DNA from: Candidatus Tepidifontimicrobium thermophilum | Lineage (GTDB): Bacteria > Sysuimicrobiota > Sysuimicrobiia > Sysuimicrobiales > Sysuimicrobiaceae | Length of the DNA: 64,000 nt | Assembly: GCA_031459915.1 (NCBI GenBank) | Contig: JAVKHO010000003.1 | Location: forward strand, 122,594 to 186,593 | Direction of reading: 5' to 3' | Part shown: in pieces, positions 38,869 through 48,800 of the stretch | Position numbering within the stretch: the stretch's first letter is position 1 | How the letters are laid out: every line of letters begins with the position of its first letter | Made by a program: the position numbers and the translations under genes | Notes under the pieces: model-generated | What the model saw: the letters and a program-made list of their open reading frames with translations, nothing else | The model's database searches: none | Told to the model about the DNA's origin: nothing

Positions 38869-40087
38869 CTCCTGGGCCGGATCCCCCGGAGCGCCGCGGG
38901 CCGCGGACGGCGGGCGCCCTTCCCGGCGGTGGAGCTTCCAGGGGCTCCGGGCGCAGCTGGCGCTGGCGTTCGCGGTGGTGGCGGTGCTGGCGGTGGCGGC
39001 GGTGGGGCTTTGGGCGCAGCACCTGACCGCGGTACGGTTCCAGGCCTACATGGAGCGGGTCCGGCGCGGGGAGGTCCCGTGGGTGGCCGAGCAGCCACCC
39101 CACGTGCGGGAGCTGTGGCTGCAGAACCTCAAGCCCAGCGCCCGGCTGTTCCGGGCGTCGCAGCGGAAGTTCCTGGCGGCTTTCAACCAGTCCCTCTGGC
39201 TGGGCGGGCTGACCGCGGCCACGGTGGCAGTCCTGGCAGGGCTGTGGCTGGCCGGGCGGATGGCGCGCCCCCTGGGGGAGCTGCGGGCCGCGGCCCGTGC
39301 CATCGCCGCCGGACGCCTGGACCAGCGCGTGCGGGCTGCGGGCGGGGAGATCGGTGAGGTGGCGGAGGCCTTCAACGCCATGGCCGCACGTCTGGAGGCG
39401 GACGACCGCCTGCGGAGGGAGTTCTTGGCCGCGGTCGCACACGAGCTGCGCACGCCCCTGGCGAACGTCCAGGCCCACCTGGAGGCGTTCCTGGACGGCG
39501 TGGCGGAGCCTACCCCGGAGCGCATCGCGGCCCTGCACACCCAGACGGTGCTGCTGAGCCGCCTGGTGAGCGATCTGCGGGACCTCACCCTGGCCCAGGC
39601 GGGCGTGCTCCCCCTTCAGTACACGCACGTGGACCTGGGAGAGGTATGCCGGCAGGTCGTGGAGGCGCTGCAGCCGTGGTTCGAGGAGAGGGCGGTCATC
39701 GCGGAGCTCCACGTGGAGGGCACGGTGCAGGTGTGGGGCGACCTGCAGCGGGTGCGGCAGGTGGTGCAGAACCTCGTGCACAACGCGGTGCGGTTCAGTC
39801 CGCCCGGCGGCCGGGTGCGGCTGTCGCTGGCCGTCCGCGGGGCATGGGCGGAGGTGGCGGTGGAGGACGAGGGGCCGGGGATTTCGCCCCAGGACCTCGA
39901 GCGGGTGTTCGAGCCCTTCTACCGCGCGGATCCCGCCCGTAGCCGGCAGGGGGGCGGAAGCGGACTGGGCCTCGCGGTGGTCAAGCACCTGGTCTTGGCC
40001 CACGGCGGCACCGTGTGGGCGGAACGCCGGCCGGAGGGCGGCACCCGGTTCGTGGTCCGCCTCCCGGTTGCGTCCGCACCGCCATGA
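38852..40087 (+). CDS. HAMP-HisKA sensor kinase (BaeS-like)
   Basis: Two TM helices, HAMP, AHELRTPL, NAVRF, DEGPG, GSGLGL. Confidence 0.9.
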   Translation: MGPAPDSWAGSPGAPRAADGGRPSRRWSFQGLRAQLALAFAVVAVLAVAAVGLWAQHLTAVRFQAYMERVRRGEVPWVAEQPPHVRELWLQNLKPSARLFRASQRKFLAAFNQSLWLGGLTAATVAVLAGLWLAGRMARPLGELRAAARAIAAGRLDQRVRAAGGEIGEVAEAFNAMAARLEADDRLRREFLAAVAHELRTPLANVQAHLEAFLDGVAEPTPERIAALHTQTVLLSRLVSDLRDLTLAQAGVLPLQYTHVDLGEVCRQVVEALQPWFEERAVIAELHVEGTVQVWGDLQRVRQVVQNLVHNAVRFSPPGGRVRLSLAVRGAWAEVAVEDEGPGISPQDLERVFEPFYRADPARSRQGGGSGLGLAVVKHLVLAHGGTVWAERRPEGGTRFVVRLPVASAPP

Positions 40088-40998
40088 ACTTCCGGTGGCC
40101 CGCGGTCCTGTGGGTGCTCGCCCTGTGGCCGCTCGGGGCGGTGGCCTGGAGCCTTGCGCTCCGGCGCCGGGCGCCCCGCGCTTACACGCACCCGGGCGTG
40201 GCGTGGGTGCCCGCGGCCGCCCTCGGGTTCCCGTGGTGGGCGTTTGCGGGGGCCCTCCTGCTGGCCACCCTGGCCTCTGCGCGGCCGGTGGCACCGTGGC
40301 CCGTGCCTGCCAAGTGGCCCGTGGTACTGGTGGTAGACGTGAGCCGCAGCATGGAAGAGACCGACATCCACCCGTCGCGCCTGGAGGCCGCCAAGCGGGC
40401 CGCCTCGGAGTTCCTCCGGCGGCTGCCGCCGGGGGTACGGGTCGGGCTGGTGACCTTCGGGAACTTCGCCAGCGTCATCGTGCCCGTGACCGCGGACCGC
40501 GGCCGCGTGGCCGACGCGGTGGCGCAGCTTGCGACCCAGCTACGCACGCAGCTGGGTGCGGGCCTGTTGGAGGCGGTGCGGTTACTGGAGCAGGAGGCTG
40601 AAGTGCGGGGCGAGCTGCGGGGCGTGGCCGTGCTGCTGTCAGACGGTCGGTACAGCGACGGGCCCACCCCGGACGAGGCCACGAAGCGGGCGGTCCAGGC
40701 CCGCGTGCGCGTGTACACCGTGGGGATCGCCACCACACGGCCCGCGCACTTGCTCCGCAGTGGGTACTGGGGCCTGCTGGATGAGCCTACGCTGCAAGCC
40801 ATCGCGGAGCGCACGGGCGGCCGCTACTACCGCACCACCAGCGCCGGGGAGCTCCGAGAGGCCTACCGGGACTTGGCCAGGAAGGTGGGCTGGCGCTGGG
40901 CTCAGGAGGAGGTGGGAGCGGTGCTGGCCCTTGCCTCCGCGGTACTGCTGGTGTTCGGTCTGACCGCCTCCCTGCGCCGGGCGCCCCTGAGCGCGTGA
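40084..40998 (+). CDS. VWA-domain membrane protein (BatA-like)
   Basis: DVSRSM MIDAS, SRLEAAK, LLSDG, TGGRYY. Confidence 0.85.
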   Translation: MNFRWPAVLWVLALWPLGAVAWSLALRRRAPRAYTHPGVAWVPAAALGFPWWAFAGALLLATLASARPVAPWPVPAKWPVVLVVDVSRSMEETDIHPSRLEAAKRAASEFLRRLPPGVRVGLVTFGNFASVIVPVTADRGRVADAVAQLATQLRTQLGAGLLEAVRLLEQEAEVRGELRGVAVLLSDGRYSDGPTPDEATKRAVQARVRVYTVGIATTRPAHLLRSGYWGLLDEPTLQAIAERTGGRYYRTTSAGELREAYRDLARKVGWRWAQEEVGAVLALASAVLLVFGLTASLRRAPLSA

Positions 40999-41005
40999 CC
41001 GGCGC

Positions 41006-41034
41006 TTGACGGCCCTGCGCCACCCTCCTATCGT
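41006..41034 (+). promoter_or_regulatory. sigma70-type promoter of the ddl operon
   Basis: TTGACG-17 nt-TATCGT. Confidence 0.65.
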
Positions 41035-41080
41035 CACACTGCGGTGTCGGTTTCGTGAGAACAGGTGTGGAGGAGATCCC

Positions 41081-42163
41081 GTGGGTCGGCTGACCCTGGC
41101 GGTGCTGTACGGCGGCCGCTCGGGTGAGCACGAGGTGTCCTGTGTGTCTGCCCGGAACGTCATCCGGGCTGCGGACCCGGACCGGTTCTCGGTGGTGGAG
41201 GTGTTCATCACGCCGGACGGCCGCTGGTCCGTGGACGGCAGGCCCGTGTGGCTGCGCTTGGACCGCGTGGGGAAGGCGGTTCTGGTGGTGGACGGGCGGG
41301 AGCTGAGCTGCGACGTCGTGTTCCCCGTGCTCCACGGCACCTACGGCGAGGACGGGGCCGTGCAGGGGTTGCTGGAGATGGTGAACGTGCCGTACGTGGG
41401 CGCCGACGTGCTGGGCTCCGCGGTGGGGATGGACAAGGGCGTGCAGAAGGCCCTGCTGCGGGACGCGGGCCTGCCCGTGGTGCCCTTCGTGGTGGTGGAG
41501 GGGAGCCAGTGGGAGCGCGACCCAGCCGGCGTGCGCGCGCAGGTGGAGAGGCTGGGCTACCCGTGCTTCGTCAAGCCCACGCGCCTCGGTTCGTCCGTGG
41601 GCGTGCACCGGGTGGACCGGGCGGAGGCGCTGGCGGACGCGGTGCGGGACGCCCTCCGGTACGATCTCGCGGTGATCGTGGAGCGGGCGGTGCCCGACCC
41701 GGTGGAGGTGGAGGTGAGCGTGTTGGGCAACGACGACCCCGTGGTGTCCGTGCCGGGCGAGATCCGACCCGCACGGCCGCGGCACCTTTTCTACGACTAC
41801 GAGGCGAAGTACGTGGACCCCGAGGGCGCTGAGCTGGTGATCCCCGCGGCGATCCCAGCGGAGCGGGCGGAGGAGGTGCGGGGGCTAGCCTTGCGCGCCT
41901 TCCGGGCGCTCCGGCTGTGCGGGATGGCCCGGGTGGACTTCCTGCTGGAGCGGGAGGGCGCGGCGTACGTAAGCGAGGTCAACACCATCCCGGGCTTCAC
42001 ACCCGTCAGCATGTACCCGAAGCTGTGGGAGGCGTCAGGGGTCTCGTACCGCGAGCTCATCAGCCGGCTCGTGGACCTTGCCCTGGAGCGGTGGAGCCGA
42101 CGCAACGCCCTGTGCACGGTGTACGAGGGGGGGCGGCGGATCCGGGTGGAGGACCCCCAATGA
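41081..42163 (+). CDS. ddl: D-alanine--D-alanine ligase
   Basis: GGRSGEHEVS, FPVLHGTYGEDG, GSSVG, FYDYEAKY, EVNTIPGFT. Confidence 0.93.
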   Translation: MGRLTLAVLYGGRSGEHEVSCVSARNVIRAADPDRFSVVEVFITPDGRWSVDGRPVWLRLDRVGKAVLVVDGRELSCDVVFPVLHGTYGEDGAVQGLLEMVNVPYVGADVLGSAVGMDKGVQKALLRDAGLPVVPFVVVEGSQWERDPAGVRAQVERLGYPCFVKPTRLGSSVGVHRVDRAEALADAVRDALRYDLAVIVERAVPDPVEVEVSVLGNDDPVVSVPGEIRPARPRHLFYDYEAKYVDPEGAELVIPAAIPAERAEEVRGLALRAFRALRLCGMARVDFLLEREGAAYVSEVNTIPGFTPVSMYPKLWEASGVSYRELISRLVDLALERWSRRNALCTVYEGGRRIRVEDPQ

Positions 42164-43023
42164 GCCGGTTCGTCAAGCTCCACGCCCTGGGCAACGACTA
42201 CATCGTGCTGGAGGCTCACGGGCTGGACTTCCCCCTCACCCCGGAGGCGGTGCGCCGGCTGTGCGACCGGCACTTCGGAGTGGGGTCGGACGGGGTGCTG
42301 GTCCGCGTGCCTTCGGAACGGGCCGACTTCGGACTGCGCATCTACAACCCCGACGGGAGCGAGGCGGAGAAGAGCGGCAACGGGCTGAGGATCTTCGCCA
42401 AGTACCTGTACGAGCACGGCCTGGCCCGTGTCCCGGAGTTCACCGTGGAGACCCCGGGCGGCGTGGTGCGGTGCGACGTGGAGGTCCGGGGCGGGCGGGT
42501 GGCGCAGGTCACCGTCGACATGGGAGAGGCGACCTTCAGCAGCCCGCGCATCCCCGTCCGGGGCGCCGCGCGGGAGGTGGTGGATGAGCCCCTGGAGGTC
42601 GAGGGGAGGACGGTGCGGATCACCGCGGTGAACGTGGGGAACCCGCACTGTGTGGTGTTCACGCCCGACCTGAGCTCGGTGGACTTCTACCACCTGGGGC
42701 CCGCCCTGGAGCGCCACCCCGCTTTCCCCCAGCGGACCAACGTGCAGTTCGCCCAGGTCCTGGGCCCGGACCGGGTTCGGATCCGGATCTGGGAGCGGGG
42801 TGCGGGGGAGACGCTGGCGTCGGGGTCCAGCGCCTGCGCGGTGGCCGCCGCGTGCGTGCGCCGCGGCCTCACCGGCCGCCAGCTGCGCGTGGAGATGGAC
42901 GGTGGGGTCCTGTGGGTGTCCGTGGACGAAGGCTTTCGGCTGCGCATGGCCGGTCCCGCCAGTCAGGTGTACGCGGGCGAGCTGGCGCCGGAGTTCGTGG
43001 ACCTCCTCCGGACCGCGGGGTGA
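42160..43023 (+). CDS. dapF: Diaminopimelate epimerase family protein with Ser at both catalytic Cys positions
   Basis: HALGNDY, CDRHFGVGSDG, YNPDGSEAEKSGNG, VGNPH, WERGAGETLASGS. Confidence 0.85.
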   Translation: MSRFVKLHALGNDYIVLEAHGLDFPLTPEAVRRLCDRHFGVGSDGVLVRVPSERADFGLRIYNPDGSEAEKSGNGLRIFAKYLYEHGLARVPEFTVETPGGVVRCDVEVRGGRVAQVTVDMGEATFSSPRIPVRGAAREVVDEPLEVEGRTVRITAVNVGNPHCVVFTPDLSSVDFYHLGPALERHPAFPQRTNVQFAQVLGPDRVRIRIWERGAGETLASGSSACAVAAACVRRGLTGRQLRVEMDGGVLWVSVDEGFRLRMAGPASQVYAGELAPEFVDLLRTAG

Positions 43024-43026
43024 ACC

Positions 43027-43812
43027 GTGGCTGGGCCCCGCGGGGTGATCCTGGACCTGGACGGGGTGGTGTACCGGGGCCGCCAGGCCTTGCCCGGTTC
43101 CGTGGAGTTCCTGGCCTGGCTCCGCCGCCAAGGGATCCCCTACGCTTTCGTCACGAACAACTCCACCCGGACGCCGCGCCAGTACGTGCAGCATCTGCAG
43201 GACCTGGGGATCTCGGTGGAGGAGGACCAGGTGGTCACCTCGGCCCTCTGCGCGGCGGATTTGCTGCGCCGGTGGGAGCTTCGGGGGCGGGTGCTGGTGG
43301 TGGGGGGCGCAGGCCTGCGGGAGGCGGTGCAGCGGGCGGGCTACGAGCTCACGGAGGAGGCGGACGCGGTGGCGGTGGTGGTGGGACTGGACACCGACCT
43401 GACCTACGCGCGGCTGCGCACCGCCTGCTCCGCCATCCGGCGGGGCGCACACTTCGTGGCCACGAACCTGGACGCCAACCTGCCCGTGGAGGGCGAGCTG
43501 TGGCCCGGGGCAGGGGCCATCGTGGCGGCCGTGCGCACCGCCACGGGGCGCGAGCCCACCTCCGTGGGCAAACCGGAGCCGTACCCGTTTGAGATGGCCC
43601 TGCGGCGCCTGGGGACTTCCCCGGAGGAGACCCTCATGATCGGCGACCAGATCGCCACCGACGTCCTGGGGGCTTTCCGGTTGGGGATGCGCACCGCACT
43701 GGTGCTCACCGGCGTGGCCTCCGCGGAGGAGCTGGAGCGTGCGGCGGTTCGGCCGGAGCTGGTCGCGCGCGACCTAGCCGAACTGCTGGGACGTCTGAGC
43801 CACGACCCGTAG
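43027..43812 (+). CDS. HAD-IIA (NagD-like) phosphatase
   Basis: DLDGV, TNNS, ATN, VGKP, MIGD..TD, VLTG. Confidence 0.9.
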   Translation: MAGPRGVILDLDGVVYRGRQALPGSVEFLAWLRRQGIPYAFVTNNSTRTPRQYVQHLQDLGISVEEDQVVTSALCAADLLRRWELRGRVLVVGGAGLREAVQRAGYELTEEADAVAVVVGLDTDLTYARLRTACSAIRRGAHFVATNLDANLPVEGELWPGAGAIVAAVRTATGREPTSVGKPEPYPFEMALRRLGTSPEETLMIGDQIATDVLGAFRLGMRTALVLTGVASAEELERAAVRPELVARDLAELLGRLSHDP

Positions 43813-43821
43813 GAGGTGCCG

Positions 43822-45096
43822 ATGCGGAAGCTCCTGTACGTGATCCTGGACGGACTCGGAGACCGGCCCCTGGCGGCTCTCGGCGGGCGCACCCCCCTGG
43901 AAGCGGCCCGGACGCCGCACCTGGACGCCCTCGCGGCGGCCGGGCAACAGGGGCTTGTGGTGACGGTGGGCGAGGGGATCGCCCCCGAGTCTGACGTGGC
44001 GGTCACCGCCATCCTGGGCTACGACCCGTTCCGATACCACGCAGGCCGTGGGCTGCTGGAGGCCCTGGGCATGGGCCTCCCCTTCCGGGACGGGAACCTC
44101 GCGCTCCGCGGGAACTTCGCCACCGCGGGGGAGGGACGGCGCATCCTGGACCGACGGGTGGGCCGGAGCCTGCGCAGCGAGGAGGCCAGGGAGCTGGCGC
44201 GGGCCGTCCAGGAGCAGGTGGAGCTCCCGGGAGCTACCTTCCGCTTCGAGGCCAGCGTGGGGCATCGTTGCGTGCTGGTGCTCTACGACGCCCAGGTGCA
44301 GCTGTCCGCGCAGGTGTCCAACACCGACCCCGCTTACGGTCGCGTGGGGGCGCTGGGCGTGGCCAGGACCGTGGTCAAAGACGAGGTGGAGACCTGCGTG
44401 CCCCTGGACGGCGCCCCGGGGGCCGTGCGGGCCGCAGAGCTGGTGAACGAGTTCACCGAGCGCAGCCGGCGGGTGCTGGACCAACACCCGGTGAACCTGC
44501 AACGCAGGGCCCGGGGTGAGCCTCCCGCGAACCTGGTCTTGCTCCGGGACGCCAGCGACCACGTCCCGCAGGTCCCTCCCTTCGCGGAACGGTTCGGCGC
44601 CCGGTTTGCGTGCTTCGTGGAGATGCCCGTGGAGAGGGGGATCGCGCGGCTCCTGGGCATGGGCGTGGTGGAGGTGCCGCCCAGCGGCCGGCACACCACG
44701 GTGTACACCGCGTGGGCTGAGGAAGCACTGCGGCAGCTGGAGCGGTGGGACGGGCTGTACGTGCACTTGAAGGGACCCGACGAACCGGGTCACGACGGCG
44801 ACGGGGAGGCCAAGCGCGCAGTGGTGGAAGGGATCGACGCCCACTTCTTCGGGCCCCTGCGGGAGGGAGTTGCCAGCCGCGGCGATGTGCTGGTGGCGGT
44901 GACCGCGGACCACGCCACCGTGTGCGAGCTGGGTGCCCACACAGATGACCCAGTCCCCTTGTTGGTGTGGGGCGCAGGTATAGACCCCGACCGCGCGGGA
45001 CCGTTCGGGGAGAGCTCGGCCGCCAGGGGACGGCTGGGTCGGTTGCGTGGCGTGGACGTGCTCCCGCTGTTGTTCCGCCTCGCGCGGGCTACCTAG
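43822..45096 (+). CDS. apgM: Archaeal-type cofactor-independent phosphoglycerate mutase
   Basis: LDGLGDRP, TPLEAARTP, PESD, GRGLLEALG, HLKGPDEPGHDG, TADH. Confidence 0.85.
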   Translation: MRKLLYVILDGLGDRPLAALGGRTPLEAARTPHLDALAAAGQQGLVVTVGEGIAPESDVAVTAILGYDPFRYHAGRGLLEALGMGLPFRDGNLALRGNFATAGEGRRILDRRVGRSLRSEEARELARAVQEQVELPGATFRFEASVGHRCVLVLYDAQVQLSAQVSNTDPAYGRVGALGVARTVVKDEVETCVPLDGAPGAVRAAELVNEFTERSRRVLDQHPVNLQRRARGEPPANLVLLRDASDHVPQVPPFAERFGARFACFVEMPVERGIARLLGMGVVEVPPSGRHTTVYTAWAEEALRQLERWDGLYVHLKGPDEPGHDGDGEAKRAVVEGIDAHFFGPLREGVASRGDVLVAVTADHATVCELGAHTDDPVPLLVWGAGIDPDRAGPFGESSAARGRLGRLRGVDVLPLLFRLARAT

Positions 45097-45128
45097 ACGG
45101 GGCCCGTCGGCCCCAGGGGTACGCTTTC

Positions 45129-45836
45129 GTGGAGACGCGCCTGGGCCCGCGGCCCCCAAGCGCGCCGCCGCTTCCGGGGGACACCCGGGACTACCGGACC
45201 GTCCGGGCGCTGGTACGTATCCTGCTGTGGTTCCTGTTTGGCTTTCGAACCGCGGGGCACGAGTTCTGTCCCCAGCGTGGACCGGCCATCGTGGCCGCCA
45301 ACCACCGGTCGTGGCTGGATCCCGTGGTGCTGGCGGCGGCGCTGCCCCGGCGCGCGGTGTTCCTGGGAGCGGAGGAGCTGCTGGGCCAGCGCCTGACGCC
45401 AGGATTCGTACCGTGGGATCCTCTGATCCGGGTGATCGCTCCCTTCGTGCGCTGGTACGGGTTCATCCCGGTCCGCCGCACGGAGGTGGACCCCGGGGCG
45501 TACACCGGAGCGGGCTTCCGTGCAGCCCTTCAGGTCCTCGAGGCCGGGGGGCTACTGGCCCTGTTCCCGGAGGGCGGAGTCAACCGCACGGACCAACCCC
45601 TGGCGCCGCTGCGCCGCGGGGTTGCGGCGCTGAGCCTGCGCACGGGCGCGCCCGTGGTGCCCGCGTGGCTCTACGGGACGGACCGAGCGCTGCCCCTGGG
45701 CAGCGTGGTGCCACGGCCCCGGAGGGTTTCGGTGCGGTTCGGAACGCCCGTACCGCCACGGGCGGAAGGTGAGGACGCCCTGCTGGCCAGGGTCCGCCAC
45801 GCGCTGCTGGAACTCTACGCCGCGGGCCCGCCCTGA
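45129..45836 (+). CDS. Lysophospholipid acyltransferase (PlsC family)
   Basis: ANHRSWLD and LFPEG motifs; start approximate. Confidence 0.85.
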   Translation: METRLGPRPPSAPPLPGDTRDYRTVRALVRILLWFLFGFRTAGHEFCPQRGPAIVAANHRSWLDPVVLAAALPRRAVFLGAEELLGQRLTPGFVPWDPLIRVIAPFVRWYGFIPVRRTEVDPGAYTGAGFRAALQVLEAGGLLALFPEGGVNRTDQPLAPLRRGVAALSLRTGAPVVPAWLYGTDRALPLGSVVPRPRRVSVRFGTPVPPRAEGEDALLARVRHALLELYAAGPP

Positions 45837-46618
45837 GGGCGGTCAACGGCGGAGGGCCGGTGTGCCGCATACAGACCGAGGCCCGTAAACGCCAGCCCAC
45901 CCACCACGTTGCCCGCCGTCACCGGAACCTGGTTCCACAGCCACCAGTCCGCCACCGACACCGGGGCTCCGGAGAGCATCCCCGCCGGGATGACAAACAG
46001 GTTCACCACGGAGTGCTCGAACCCCTGGCCGAAGAAGGTGACAATGGGGAGCCACATGGCCGCGATCTTCCCGCCGGTGCTGTGGGAAGTGAAGGAGAGG
46101 ACCACCCCGAGGGTCACCATCCAGTTGCACAGGACGGCCTTGACGAAAGCGGCCCGCAACCCCACCCACCCCAGTTGCGCGTACCCCGCGGTCTTGGCCT
46201 CCGCCACCGTCGCCAGCTGCTGCGCCATGGGGGAACCGGGCCCCATCGTGGCCGCGAACAGCAGCGCGTAGCTTACAGCTCCCAGCAGGTTGCCCAGGAA
46301 CGCCCAGCTCCAGTTGCGGCACAGGTGCGTCCACCTGGCCCGTCCTTCCAGCACCGCCAGGGGCACCAGGGCGAAGTTCCCCGTGACCAGTTCGAGGCCG
46401 AGGAGCACGATCATCACGAACCCTGCGGGGAAGACCAGGGCCCCTGCGAGGGGGATCCGCGTCTGGAGGGTCGCGGTGAAAGCCAGGGTGGTGGCAAAGC
46501 CGAGCAGCGCACCCGACAGGAAACCTCGAAGGACCAGTTCACGGGGCCGCAGCTGCGCTTTCGCGGCCCCAGCCTCCACCATCTGCTGCACCACCGCGTC
46601 CGGCCGCACGTACGACAT
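45815..46618 (-). CDS. Formate/nitrite transporter (NirC-like)
   Basis: GLELVTGNF, GNLLG, LCNWMV, FEHSVVN, GNVVGG; follows nitrite reductase. Confidence 0.9.
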   Translation of the reverse strand: MSYVRPDAVVQQMVEAGAAKAQLRPRELVLRGFLSGALLGFATTLAFTATLQTRIPLAGALVFPAGFVMIVLLGLELVTGNFALVPLAVLEGRARWTHLCRNWSWAFLGNLLGAVSYALLFAATMGPGSPMAQQLATVAEAKTAGYAQLGWVGLRAAFVKAVLCNWMVTLGVVLSFTSHSTGGKIAAMWLPIVTFFGQGFEHSVVNLFVIPAGMLSGAPVSVADWWLWNQVPVTAGNVVGGLAFTGLGLYAAHRPSAVDRPQGGPAA

Positions 46619-46619
46619 G

Positions 46620-48476
46620 TCAGGCTCCCTCCCCCGCGACCACGATGATCCCATCCTGGCCCTCCTGGATGGGGTACGTGCGGAGGTGCAGAGAAGGGTC
46701 GGTCTCGCACCGGCCGGTGCGCAGGCAGAAACGGTAGCCGTGCTCCGGGCAGATGATGTGGGTCCCGTCCACGACGCCCCTGGCGAGAGGCGCCCCCGCG
46801 TGGGGACAGGCGTTCTGCACCGCGTACACCGCCCCCTCGCACCGGAACACCGCCACCTCTTGTCCGTTCACCCGCACGACCCGTGCCCCACTGTCTGGAA
46901 GCTGCGCCAGCGGGACGACGGGCTTTTCCAAGTCCGCTTCGCGGGAGGCGGAGAAGCTGCTTGGGCCGGCCCTCAGCCGCGTGCGCAGCTCCTCGAAGTT
47001 GCCGTACCGCAGGAGGGCCTCGAGGATCGGTTCCAGGGCGTCGCAGGGCACGTCCCCGAGGAGCCTGACCGCCGGGGTGGCGTTGGGCCCGCTGCTGCCG
47101 GCTATGTACACGTCTACCGCCTCTACCACCTCGGTCCCGAGCCGGACCTTCTTGCCCACCAGCCCCACGTCCGCGGCACCGTGGTTGCCGCAGCCTGCCG
47201 GACACCCGGACCAGTGGACGGTGACCGGTCGCGCGACCCGGTCCTGCAACGCCCGGGCGAGGGCCAGGGCTCGCCTCTTCGTGTCGATGAGGGCGAGGTT
47301 GCAGTAATCCGTACCCGTGCAGCTCACCAGGCCCCGAAGGATCGGCGGGGGCGACGGCTGCAGCTCCCGCAGGAGGGGTTCGTCCAGCAGGGCTGCCAAC
47401 CGCTCCTCCGGCACATGGGGGAGGATGGCGTTCTGACTGGTGGTGAACCGGACCTCGCCTGAACCGTAGACCTCGCTCAGCCGCGCGAGCTCCTCGAGCT
47501 GCTCGGCCCGGATGCGGCCGACGGGTACCAGGAGGCCCACCGAGTAATGACCGTCCTGCTTCTGCGGTGTCACGCCCAGGTGGTCGGAATGTGTGGGATG
47601 GCGAGCGTCCCTTCCGGACCGCGGGAGGGGGTGGCCCAGGTACTCCTCCACCGCGGCCCGGAACCGCTCGAGCCCCCACGCGTCCAGCAGGAAGCTCAGC
47701 CGTGCCCTGCTGCGGGCCTCCCGTGGTCCGTGCTCCCGGAACACCGCCACGATGGCGGCGCACACCCCTGGGGCCCCTTCGGGGCTCACGAAGGCGTCCA
47801 GGGGCGAGGCGATCCGGTACCCTCCCGATCCCATCTTCCCGCCCACGAGGATGTTGAACCCGACCTCCCGGTCGCGCACGGCGGGGACCAGGGCCAGGTC
47901 CTGGGTCTCCGCGTGCGTGCAGTTCTCCACGCAGCCGGTGATGGTGACGTTGAACTTGCGGGGCAGGTTCGTGTACGACCGGTTGCCTAGCACCTCTTCC
48001 GTAAAGGCCTTCACCACGGCCGAGGCGTCCAGCAGCTCCGTGCGCACCAGCCCGGCCAGCGGGCACCCCACCACGTTCCGGACGTTGTCCATCCCCGTCT
48101 GGAGGGTGGTGAGCCCCACCCGCTGCAGCTGCGCCAGGATCTCGGGGACCTGCTCGATGCGGATCCACCGGAGCTGGACCTGCTGGCGCGTGGTGATGTC
48201 CGCGATTCCGCGGCCCACCTGCTGGCTGAGGGCGGCGAGTTCCCGGACCTGGTTCGCGGTGGCGATCCCGTTCGGGATGCGGACCCGCAGCATGAAGTAG
48301 CCGGGTTCCCCTTCGCTCTGACGGCGGAGGAAGACGCCCCACCACTTCAGCCGCTCCACGTCCTCCTTGGGGATCGCCTCCCACCCCAGCCGTGCGTACA
48401 GGCGGATGTCGACGTCCAGGCCGTCGCGGACGGTCTTGAGGGCTTCGATGGTGTTCGCCGCACCGTTCCCCGTCAT
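46620..48476 (-). CDS. nirA: Ferredoxin-type assimilatory nitrite reductase with fused C-terminal Rieske [2Fe-2S] domain
   Basis: TTRQQVQ, GMDNVRN, NLPRKFN, SCTGTDYCN, SGCPAGCG; then NACPHAG...CPEHG. Confidence 0.88.
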   Translation of the reverse strand: MTGNGAANTIEALKTVRDGLDVDIRLYARLGWEAIPKEDVERLKWWGVFLRRQSEGEPGYFMLRVRIPNGIATANQVRELAALSQQVGRGIADITTRQQVQLRWIRIEQVPEILAQLQRVGLTTLQTGMDNVRNVVGCPLAGLVRTELLDASAVVKAFTEEVLGNRSYTNLPRKFNVTITGCVENCTHAETQDLALVPAVRDREVGFNILVGGKMGSGGYRIASPLDAFVSPEGAPGVCAAIVAVFREHGPREARSRARLSFLLDAWGLERFRAAVEEYLGHPLPRSGRDARHPTHSDHLGVTPQKQDGHYSVGLLVPVGRIRAEQLEELARLSEVYGSGEVRFTTSQNAILPHVPEERLAALLDEPLLRELQPSPPPILRGLVSCTGTDYCNLALIDTKRRALALARALQDRVARPVTVHWSGCPAGCGNHGAADVGLVGKKVRLGTEVVEAVDVYIAGSSGPNATPAVRLLGDVPCDALEPILEALLRYGNFEELRTRLRAGPSSFSASREADLEKPVVPLAQLPDSGARVVRVNGQEVAVFRCEGAVYAVQNACPHAGAPLARGVVDGTHIICPEHGYRFCLRTGRCETDPSLHLRTYPIQEGQDGIIVVAGEGA

Positions 48477-48750
48477 GGCAACACCTCCGGCGTTTGGGGT
48501 TGTTGGGAACGACGGGGTTCGCGCGGCTACACGGCCGCGTGGCTGGCGTCGGGGCCGAAAACAGTCCGCGGGGAGATGACCGGCGGCCGGGCCGAAGCGG
48601 ACGTCGAGGTCTTGCTAAGTGCGTACGGGATCAGGATCGCGCTTGTCAAGGGGGTTGGACCCGGCGGCTGTGAGAGCAGAGGTCTTCGAACGGAATCCGC
48701 GTCGTGGAGGCCCCGTGGAACCGCAAGGGCTGCTGGAGGTCACCACCCTC

Positions 48751-48779
48751 TTGACGGCTGGCCGGGTGCTCGCTAGAGT
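48751..48779 (+). promoter_or_regulatory. sigma70-type promoter of the sulfate assimilation operon
   Basis: TTGACG-17 nt-TAGAGT. Confidence 0.75.
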
Positions 48780-48800
48780 CTGCGTCAAGGAACCGTAGCC

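Noticed and set aside
48477..48650. ANTAR twin-hairpin or leader ORF upstream of nirA
   Set aside because: No pair of hexaloop hairpins with the A..G pattern and no convincing uORF; TTGACA at 48649-48644 lacks a good -10
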